From Antedon mediterranea (Eukaryota; Animalia; Echinodermata), in assembly GCF_964355755.1 (NCBI RefSeq), contig NW_027306096.1, positions 62,001 to 126,000 on the forward strand: DNA of 64,000 nt, written 5' to 3'. Of this stretch, positions 54,172-64,000 are shown one piece after another; within the stretch, counting starts at the first letter, position 1; every line of letters begins with the position of its first letter. The notes under the pieces are model-generated. The model saw nothing but the letters and a program-made list of their open reading frames with translations, did no database searches and had not been told where the DNA came from. The translations under genes were made by a program, and so were the position numbers.

Positions 54172-54692
54172 AACAAAATTCATTTTGTCGCGACTAAACG
54201 AATTTTGTTGCAACAAAACGAATTTTGTCTACACAGAATAAATTTTGTCTACACAGAATGAATTTTGTCTACACAGAATGAATTTTGTCTACACAGAATA
54301 AATGTTGTCTACACAGAATACATTTTGTCGCCACAAAATGAATTTTGTCCACACAGAATTAATTTTGTCTACACAGAATTAATTTTGTCTACACAAAATG
54401 AATTTTGTCGTTACAGAATGAATTTTGTCGCCACAAAATGAATTTTGTCGTTACAGAATGAATTTTGTCTACACAGAATGAATTTTGTCAACACAGAATT
54501 AATTTTGCATACAAAGAATGAATTTTGTTTACACAGAATTAATTTTGTCAAGACAAAATGAATTTTGTCAAGACAAAATTAATTTTGTCCACACAGAATA
54601 AATTTTTGTCAACACAAAATGAATTTTGTCAATACAAAATTAATTTTGTGTTGACAAAATTCATTCTGTGTAGACAAAATTCATTCTGTAAC
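54172..54692. repeat. 20-bp minisatellite (AATTTTGTCTACACAGAAT[G/A/T]), ~25 units, with inverted units at both ends
   Basis: Clear 20-bp period at 54201-54640. Orientation flips at palindromes centred on 54190/54191 (GTCG|CGAC) and 54641/54642 (ACAAAATT|AATTTTGT). Confidence 0.95.
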
Positions 54693-54925
54693 AAACAACG
54701 TAATTTTGATTAATTAATCAGTTTTTAATTAATATTTCCAAAAGCAGAAGTTAGTGATTATCGCCCACAAACACAGAAGGTACGATTGGTGTCTAACGCC
54801 GACTATGGGTGTTCAATGCATGTCCCCAGGGGTTTCAAACGCCGCCCGTGGCACTAAGAGATATCTTTCAAGTAGCGTACTGGTTGCGCTTCATTGTTCC
54901 TAGATTGCATTAACCAAATTTCTTC

Positions 54926-55325
54926 GATCTATCTCTCTCTCTCGCTGATCTATCTCTCTCGCTGATCTATCTCTCTCTCGCTGATCTATCTCTCTCTCTC
55001 GCTGAGCTATCTCTCTCTCGCTGATCTATCTCTCTCTCGCTGATCTATCTCTCTCTCGCTGATCTATCTCTCTCTCGCTGATCTATCTCTCTCTCTTGCT
55101 GATCTATCTCTCTCTCTCTCGCTGATCTATCTCTCTCTCGCTGATCTATCTCTCTCTCACTGATCTATCTCTCTCTCACTGATCTATCTCTCTCTCACTG
55201 ATCTATCTCTCTCTCGCTGATCTATCTCTCTCTCTCGCTGATCTATCTCTCTCTCGCTGATCTATCTCTCTCTCGCTGATCTATCTCTCTCTCTCTCGCT
55301 GATCTATCTCTCTCTCGCTGATCTA
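54926..55325. repeat. Compound minisatellite [GATCTAT(CT)nCGCT], ~20 units of 17-23 bp (mode 19)
   Basis: 21 GATCT/GAGCT heads counted between 54926 and 55320; unit length varies in 2-bp steps through the internal CT run. Confidence 0.95.
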
Positions 55326-56438
55326 ATAGCTTCAAAACGGATTTGGAGACGTTTTAGACCATTGTGTGCATTTCTATGAAACTTTTCACACAAAAACATC
55401 AAAGTGCACAAAATAGCTTCAAATCGCATTTGGAGAACGTTTTAGACCATTTTGTGCATTTCGATGAAACTTGGTTACAAAAAAACATCAAAGTGCTTAA
55501 AATCACATCTGAAACCGTTTTAGACCATTTTGAGCAATTCTATAAAACTTTTAACAAAAAACGTTTTAGACCATTTTGTGCATTTCGATGAAACTTGATT
55601 ACATAAAAACATCAAAGTGCTTAAAATCACATTTGAAACCGTTTTAGAACATTTTGAGCATTTCGAAAAAACTTGTTAACATAAAAACACCAAAGTGCTT
55701 AGAATAGCTTCAAAACGGATTTTGAGGCGTTTTAGACCATTTTGTGCATTTCGATGAAACTTTTAACACAAAACATCAAAGTGCACAAAATAGCTTCAAA
55801 TCGCATTTGGAGAACGTTTTAGACCATTTTGTGCATTTCGATGAAACTTGGTTACAAAAAAACATCAAAGTGCTTAAAATCACATCTGAAACCGTTTTAG
55901 ACCATTTTGAGCAATTCTATAAAACTTTTAACAAAAAACGTTTTAGACCATTTTGTGCATTTCGATGAAACTTGATTACATAAAAACATCAAAGTGCTTA
56001 AAATCACATTTGAAACCGTTTTAGAACATTTTGAGCATTTCGAAAAAACTTGTTAACATAAAAACACCAAAGTGCTTAGAATAGCTTCAAAACGGATTTT
56101 GAGGCGTTTTAGACCATTTTGTGCATTTCGATGAAACTTTTAACACAAAACATCAAAGTGCACAAAATAGCTTCAAATCGCATTTGGAGGCGTTTTAGAC
56201 CATTTTGTGCATTTCGATGAAACTTTTCACACAAAAACATGTGCATACAATAGCTTAATATCGTATTTGGAGACGTTTTAGACCATTTTGTGCAATTCGA
56301 TGAAACTTTTCACACAAAAACATCAAAGTGCACAAAATAGCTTTAAATCGCATTTGGAGACGTTTTAGACCATTTTGAGCATTTCGATGAAACTTTTTTT
56401 ACAAAAAAACAAAGTGCATACAACAGCTTAATATCGTA
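55325..56438 (-). repeat. 87-bp satellite, minus orientation, includes a 377-bp tandem duplication
   Basis: Reverse-complement monomers. The rare TGGAGAACGTT variant occurs near 55431 and 55808, and matching ORFs end at 55591 and 55968. Confidence 0.95.
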
Positions 56439-57430
56439 GACAAGCAATCATTGTGGGTGATTTGATGTCTGATGAGTTCGCTCTACTCTGGGGTGTACCA
56501 CAGGGATCCGTAAAAGGTCCACTCGATTTCATCTTATACACTGGACCACTCAGCAACATCATTGATTCCCACCCGGAAGTTCGTCATATGATCTATGCAG
56601 ATGACACTCAACTATATTTAATCATGAAACCTACACATCACTCTGAATCTGTTAACAGCCTTGAATCATGCATTGCAGATGTTCGCTCATGGGCCATTCA
56701 AAATAAACTCATGCTCAACGACTCCAAGACTGAAATGATCCATTTTCATTCAAAGTTCCGTGAGGCATCATCATTTCCTTTGGTCCATATCGGAGATACT
56801 AGTGTCTCTACCTCCAGCTCAGCCAGAAATCTAGGCGTCCAACTAGACAACAGCCTCGGTTTAAAAGAACACATTCGTAATGTTTGCCGTGGTGCTTCCT
56901 TTGGAATTTACCAGATCGGCCAGATTCGTAAGTACCTTGACAAAACATCAACTGAACGTCTTGTTCATGCTTTTGTTTCATCTCGTCTGGACTGTAATAA
57001 CTCGCTTCTGTACGGCCTACCAACTTCTTATCTGTCTCCTCTTCAACGAATTCAAAATTCCGCCGCAAGACTTATCACTGGCACTAAACGACATGAACAT
57101 ATTTCTCCCGTTTTACGTGACTTACACTGGTTGCCTGTTGATCAGCGCATTCGTTTTAAAATCCTGTTGCTGACATATAAGGCCATCAACGGATGTGCTC
57201 CAGCCTACATATGTGAAATCATTACTCCGTCAACCAACTCTTCGCTTCGTTCATCCAGCAGACTTCTTCTAAAACCTGGACCCCGTTCCAGAACTCGGTT
57301 TTACGGTGATCGTGCTTTCGCTGTCGCAGCCCCAAAACTCTGGAACACTCTACCACTCGAAATACGCTCATCAAAATCTGTTATCACATTTAAAACTAAA
57401 CTCAAAACTCATCTCTTCAGAGAAGCATAA
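56438..57430 (+). CDS. LINE ORF2 C-terminal fragment: reverse transcriptase (partial) and C-terminal domain; no genuine start codon
   Basis: The frame begins RQAIIVG at the junction. Motifs GVPQGS, YADDTQLY, LMLNDSKTE, ARNLGV, SRLD, LQRIQNSAARL, LHWLP, GDRAF..AAPKLWN.LP, FKTKLKTHLF are typical of L2-clade ORF2. Confidence 0.92.
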   Translation, partial: RQAIIVGDLMSDEFALLWGVPQGSVKGPLDFILYTGPLSNIIDSHPEVRHMIYADDTQLYLIMKPTHHSESVNSLESCIADVRSWAIQNKLMLNDSKTEMIHFHSKFREASSFPLVHIGDTSVSTSSSARNLGVQLDNSLGLKEHIRNVCRGASFGIYQIGQIRKYLDKTSTERLVHAFVSSRLDCNNSLLYGLPTSYLSPLQRIQNSAARLITGTKRHEHISPVLRDLHWLPVDQRIRFKILLLTYKAINGCAPAYICEIITPSTNSSLRSSSRLLLKPGPRSRTRFYGDRAFAVAAPKLWNTLPLEIRSSKSVITFKTKLKTHLFREA

Positions 57431-57523
57431 TCGCACGCTACTACTTGCACTGATCTTGGAAAACACAGCACTTTGAAACCTTTGTCTCTTGCGCTTTATA
57501 AATGTTATTTATTATTATTATTA
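56439..57523 (+). mobile_element. 5'-truncated L2-clade (CR1-group) LINE with (TTA)n tail and 11-bp target-site duplication
   Basis: RT C-terminal ORF, ~75-bp 3' UTR ending GCGCTTTATAAATG, (TTA)n tail from ~57505. TSD TTAATATCGTA at 56428-56438 and 57524-57534; the satellite monomer resumes in register. Confidence 0.93.
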
Positions 57524-60500
57524 TTAATATCGTATTTGGAGACGTTTTAGACAATTTTGTGCATTTCGATGAAACTTTTCACACAAAACAACAAAGTGCA
57601 CAAAATAGCTTCAAATCGCATTTGGAGACGTTTTAGACCATTTTTTGCGTTTCATTACACAAAACATCAAAGTGCACAAAATAGCTTCAAATCGCATTTG
57701 GAGACGTTTTAGACCATGTTGTGCATTTCGAAAAAACTTGATTACACAAAAATATCAAAGTGCTTAAAATCACATTTGAAACCGTTTTAGACCTTTTTGA
57801 GCATTTCGATAAAACTTTTCACACAAAACTTTAAAGTGCACAAAATAGCATCAAATCGCATTTGGAGACGTTTTAGACCATTTTGTGCATTTCGATGAAA
57901 CTTGATTACACAAAAATATCAAAGTGCTTAAAATCACATTTGAAACCGTTTTAGACCATTTTGAGCATTTCGATAAAACTTTTCACACAAAACATTAAAG
58001 TGCACAAAATAGTATCAAATTGCATTTGGAGACGTTTTAGACCATTTTGAGCATTTCGATGAAACTTGATTACACAAAAGTATCAAAGTGCTTAAAATCA
58101 CATTTGAGACCGTTTTAGACCATTTTGAGCATTTCGATAAAACTTTTCACACAAAAACATCAAAATACATACAATAGCTTAATATCGTATTTGGAGACGT
58201 TTTAGAACATTTTATGCATTTCGATAAAACTTTTCAAACAAAACATCAAAGTGCACAAAATAGCTTCAAATCGTATTTGGAGACGTTTTAGACCATTTTG
58301 TGCATTTCGATCAAACTTTTCACACAAAAACATCAATGTACACAAAATAGCTTCAAATTGCATTTAGAGACGTTTTAGACCATTTTGTGAATTTCGATGA
58401 AACTTTTCACACAAAAACATCAAAGTGCACAAAATAGCTTCAAATCGCAATCGGAGACGTTTTAGACCATTTTGAGCATTTCGATGAAACTTTTCACACA
58501 AAAACAAAAAAAGTGCATACAATAGCTTAATATCGTATTAGGAGACGTTTTAGACAATTTTGTGCATTTCGATGAAACTTTTCACACAAAACAACAAAGT
58601 GCACAAAATAGCTTCAAATCGCATTTGGAGACGTTTTAGACCATTTTGTGCGTTTCATTACACAAAACATCAAAGTGCACAAAATAGCTTCAAATCGCAA
58701 TCGGAGACGTTTTAGACCATGTTGTGCATTTCGAAAAAACTTGATTACACAAAAATATCAAAGTGCTTAAAATCACATTTGAAACTGTTTTAGACCATTT
58801 TGAGCATTTCGATAAAACTTTTCACACAAAACATTGAAGTGCACAAAATAGCTTTAAATCGCATTTGGAGACGTTTTAGATTTTTTTGTGAATTTCGATG
58901 AAACTTGGTTACACAAAAACATCAAAGTGCTTAAAATCACATTTGAAACCGTTTTATACCATTTCGAGCATTTCTATAAAACTTTTGACACAAAACATCA
59001 AAGTGCACAAAAGAGCTTCAAATCGCAATCGGAGACGTTTTAGACCATGTTGTGCATTTCGAAAAAACTTGATTACACAAAAATATCAAAGTGCTTAAAA
59101 TCACATTTGAAACCGTTTTAGACAATTTTGAGCATTTCAATAAAACTTTTCACACAAAACATTAAAGTGCACAAAATAGCAAACTTTTTACACAAAACAT
59201 CAAAGTGCACAAAAGAGCTCCAAATCGCATTCGGAGACGTTTTAGACCATTTTGTGCATTTCTAAAAAACTTTTCACTCAAAAACATCAAAGTGCATACA
59301 ATAGCTTAATGTCGTATTTGGAGACGTTTTAGACAATTTTGTGCATTTCGATGAAACTTTTCAAACAAAAACATCAAAGTGCTTCAAATCGCGTTTTGAG
59401 AGGTTTTAGACAATTTTGTACATTTCGATGAAACTGGATTACACAAAACATCAAAGTGCACAAAATAGCTTCAAATCGCCTTTGCAGCCGTTTTAGACCA
59501 TTTTGTGCATTTCGATGAAACTTGATTACACAAAAACATCAAAGTGCTTAAAATCTCATTTGAAACCGTTTTAGACCATTTTGAGCATTTCGATAAAACT
59601 TTTGACACAAAACATCAAAGTGCACAAAAGAGCTCCAAATCGCATTTGGAGACGTTTTAGACCATTTTGTGCATTTCGATGAAACTTTTCACACAAAAAC
59701 ATCAAAGTGCACAAAATAGCTTCAAATCGCATTTGCAGACGTTTTAGACAATTTTGTGCATTTCGATGAAACTTTTTACACAAAACCATCAAAGTGCACA
59801 AAATAGCTTCAAATCGCATTTGCAGACGTTTTAGACAATTTTGTGCATTTCGATGAAACTTGATTACACAAAAATATCAAAGTGCTTAAAATCACATTTG
59901 AAACCGTTTTAGACCATTTTGAGCATTTCGATAAAACTTTTCACACAAAACATGAAAGTGCACAAAATAGCTTCAAATCGCATTTTCAGACGTTTTAGAC
60001 CATTTTGTGCATTTCGATGAAACTTGATTACACAAAAACATCAAAGTGCTTAAAATCACATTTGAAACCGTTTTAGACCATTTTGAGCATTTCGATAAAA
60101 CTTTTCACACAAAACATGAAAGTGCACAAAATAGCTTCAAATCGCATTTGCAGACGTTTTAGACCATTTTACATCAAATTGCTTAAAATCACATTTGAAA
60201 CCGTTTTAGACCATTTTGAGCATTTCGATAAAACTTTTCACACAAAACATCAAAGTGCACAAAATAACTTCAAATCGCATTTAGAGACGTTTTAGACCAT
60301 TTTGTGCATTTCGTGAAAACTTTTCAGACAAAAACAACAAAGTGCATACAATAGCTTAATATCATATTTGGAGACGTTTTAGACCATTTTCTGCATTTCG
60401 ATGAAACTTTTCACACAAAAACATCAAAGTGCACAAAATAACTTCAAATCGCATTTAGAGACGTTTTAGACAATTTTGTGCATTTCGTCAAAACTTTTCA

Positions 60501-63500
60501 GACAAAAACAACAAAGTGCATACAATAGCTTAATATCATATTTGGAGAGGTTTTAGACCATTTTGTGCATTTCGATGAAACTTTTCACACAAAAACATCA
60601 AAGTGCACAAAATATCTTCAAATCGCATTTGGAGACGTTTTAGACCATTTTGTGCATTTCTATGAAACTTTTCACACAAAAACATCAAAGTGCACACAAT
60701 ATCTTCAAATCGCATTTGGAGACGTTTTAGACCATTTTGTGCATTTCAATGAAACGTTTCACACAAAACAACAAAGTTCACAAAATAGCTTCAAATCGCA
60801 TTTGGAGACGTTTTAGACCATTTTGTGCATTTCGATGAAACTTGGTTAAACAAAAATATCAAAGTGCTTAAAATCACATTTGAAACCGTTTTAGACCATT
60901 TTGTGCATTTCTATAAAACTTTTTACACAAAACATCAAAGTGCACAAAAGAGCTTCAAATCGTATTTGGAGACGTTTTAGACCATTTTGTGCATTTCGAA
61001 AAAACTTGTTAACATAAAAACATCAAAGTGCTTAGATTAGCTTCAAAACGGATTTGGAGACGTTTTAGACCATTTTGTGCATTTTGGTTAAACTTTTCAC
61101 ACAAAACATCAAAGTGCACAATATAGCTTCAAATCGCATTTGGAGACGTTTTAGACCATTTTGTGCGTTTCATTACACAAAACATCAAAGTGCACAAAAT
61201 AGCTTCAAATTGCATTTGGAGACGTTTTAGACCATTTTGTGCATTTTGGTGAAACTTTTCACACAAAAACATCAAAGTGAACAAAATAGCTTCAAATCGT
61301 ATTTGGAGACGTTTTAGACAATTTTGTGCATTTCGATGAAAATTTTCACACAAAACAACAAAGTGCACAAAATAGCTTCAAATCGCATTTGGAGACGTTT
61401 TAGACCATTTTGTGCGTTTCATTACACAAAACATCAAAGTGCACAAAATAGCTTCAAATCGCATTTGGAGACGTTTTAGACCATGTTGTGCATTTCCAAA
61501 AAACTTGAATACACAAAAATATCAAAGTGCTTAAAATCACATTTGAAACCGTTTTAGACCATTTTGAGCATTTCTATAAAACTTTTCACACAAAACATTA
61601 AAGTGCTTAAAATCACATTTGAAAACGTTTTAGACCATTTCGAGCATTTCTATAAAGCTTTTTACACAAAACATCAAAGTGCACAAAAGAGCTCCAAATC
61701 GCATTTGGAGACGTTTTAGACCATTTTGTGCATTTCGAAAAAACTTTCACACAAAAACATCAAAGTGCATACAATAGCTTAATATCGTATTTGGAGACGT
61801 TTTAGACAATTTTGTGCATTTCGATGAAACTTTTCACACAAAAACATCAAAGTGCACAAAATAGCTTCAAATCGCATTTTGAGAGGTTTTAGACAATTTT
61901 GTACATTTCGATGAAACTGGATTACACAAAACATCAAAGTGCACAAAATAGCTTCAAATCGCATTTGCAGACGTTTTAGACCATTTTGTGCATTTCGATC
62001 AAACTTTTCACACAAAAACATCAATGTGCACAAAATAGCTTCAAATCGCATTTAGAGACGTTTTCGACCATTTTGTGCATTTCGATGAAACTTTTCACAC
62101 AAAAAACTCAAAGTGCACAAAATAGCTTCAAATCGCATTTGGAGACGTTTTAGACCATTTTGAGCATTTCGATGAAACTTTTCACAAAAAAACAACAAAG
62201 TGCATACAATAGCTTTATCGTATTTGGAGACGTTTTAGACAATTCTGTGCGTTTCGATGAAACTTGTCACAAAAAACAACAAAGTGCACAAAATAGCTTC
62301 AAATCGCATTTAGAGACGTTTTAGACCATTTTGTGCATTTCGATGAAACTTTTCACACAAAAACATCAAAGTGCACAAAATAGCTTCAAATCGCATTTGG
62401 AGAGGTTTTAGACCATTTTGAGCATTTCGATGAAACTTTTCACACAAAAACAACAAAGTGCATACAATAGCTTAATATCGTATTTGGAGACGTTTAAGAC
62501 AATTTTGTGCGTTTCGATGAAACTTTTCACAAAAAACAACAAAGTGCACAAAATAGCTTCAAATCGCATTTGGAGACGTTTTAGACCATGTTGTGCATTT
62601 CGAAAAAATTTGATTACACAAAAATATCAAAGTGCTTAAAATCACATTTGAAACCGTTTTAGACAATTTTGTGCATTTCGAAAAAACTTTTCACACAAAA
62701 ACATCAAAGTGCACAAAATAGCTTCAAATCGCATTTTGAGAGGTTTTAGACAATTTTGTACATTTCGATGAAACTGGATTACACAAAACATCAAAGTGCA
62801 CAAAATGGCTTCAAATCGCATTTGCAGACGTTTTAAACCATTTTGTGCATTTCGATGAAACTTGATTACACAAAAACATCAAAGTGCTTAAAATCACATT
62901 TGAAACAGTTTTAGACCATTTTGAGAATTTCGATAAAACTTTTCACACAAAACATTAAAGTGCACAAAATAGCTTTAAATCGCATTTGCAGACGTTTTAG
63001 ACCATTTTGTGCATTTCGATGAAACTTGATTACACAAAAATATCAAAGTGCTTAAAATCACATTTGAAACCGTTTTAGACGATTTTGAGCATTTCGATAA
63101 AACTTTTCACACAAAACATTAAAGTGCACAAAATAGCTTTAAATCGCATTTGGAGACGTTTTAGACCATTTTGTGCATTTCGATGAAACTTTTCACACAA
63201 AAACATCAAAGTGCACAAAATAGCTTCAAATCGCATTTGGAGACGTTTTAGACCATGTTGTGCATTTCGAAAAAACTTGATTACACAAAAACATCAAAGT
63301 GCTTAAAATCACATTTGAAACCGTTTTAGACCATTTTGAGAATTTCGATAAAACTTTTCACACAAAACATTAAAGTGCACAAAATAGCTTTAAATTGCAT
63401 TTGCAGACGTTCTAGACCATTTTGTGCATTTCTATGAAACTTGGTTAAACAAAAATATCAAAGTGCTTAAAATCACATTTGAAACCGTTTTAGACCATTT

Positions 63501-64000
63501 TGTGAATTTCTATAAAACTTTTTACACAAAACATCAAAGTGCACAAAATAGCTTCAAATCGCATTTGGAGACGTTTTAGACCATTTTGTGCGTTTCATTA
63601 CACAAAACATCAAAGTGCACAAAATAGCTTCAAATCGCATTTGGAGACGTTTTCGACCATTTTGTGCATATTGATGAGACTTTTCACACAAAAACATCAA
63701 TGTGCATACAAAAGCTTATTATCGTATTTGGAGACGTTTTTGACTATTTTGTGCATTTCGATGAAACTTTTCACACAAAAACAACAAAGTGCATACAATA
63801 GCTTAATATCGTATTTGGAGACGTTTTAGACCATTTTGTGCATTTCGATCAAACTTTTCACACAAAAACATCAATGTGCACAAAATAGCTTCAATTCGCA
63901 TTTAGAGACGTTTTAGACCATTTTGTGCATTTCGATGAAACTTTTCACACAAAAACATCAAAGTGCACAAAATAGCTTAAAATCGCATTTGGAGAGGTTT
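57524..64000 (-). repeat. 87-bp satellite, minus orientation, continues past the window end
   Basis: Reverse-complement monomers of the same subtypes as the plus array. Confidence 0.97.

Noticed and set aside
54004-54216. 70-aa minus-strand ORF in the spacer
   Set aside because: Starts inside the minisatellite at a non-ATG codon, is short, and has no recognisable domain.
53710-54903. Helitron-like element (small AGCGTA/TGCGCT hairpin followed by CTAG at 54900-54903; TC near 53711)
   Set aside because: The hairpin is weak, CTAG is followed by A rather than T, the 5' TC is not preceded by A, and the flanks do not rejoin as one target. Insufficient without other copies.
56808-57173. Overlapping ORFs 56808-57068 (-) and 56880-57173 (+)
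   Set aside because: Alternative frames within the LINE RT, with no independent support.
3350-63829. Dozens of short ORFs with repeating MRFEAILCTLMFLCEKFHRNAQNGLKRLQ or antisense equivalents
   Set aside because: 87 bp equals 29 codons, so satellite runs stay in frame by arithmetic. Frequent stops and 86/76-bp frameshifting variants show no coding constraint.

Overview
Eukaryotic (animal-like), AT-rich heterochromatic window; no host gene recognised. About 90% is one satellite DNA family with an 87-bp monomer (plus 86-, 78- and 76-bp variants), arranged as a minus block (2385-2934), a ~51-kb plus block (2936-53709) and another minus block (55325-64000). The array shows a seamless fold-back junction, an internal 18-bp dyad in each monomer and kb-scale block duplications. 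Almost all ORFs in the supplied track are artefacts of the 87-bp (29-codon) period. The left end holds the 5' part of a minus-strand LTR retrotransposon (586-bp LTR with 10-bp terminal inverted repeats, PBS, leader). Its Gag-like ORF runs in frame, without a stop, into a 5'-truncated LINE APE endonuclease and off the window edge; this ORF is missing from the track and is the most unusual feature. A 1.6-kb spacer with two unrelated minisatellites marks the second orientation switch. A young 5'-truncated L2-like LINE with an 11-bp target-site duplication sits in the right-hand block. All analysis was by eye; no database searches were run.
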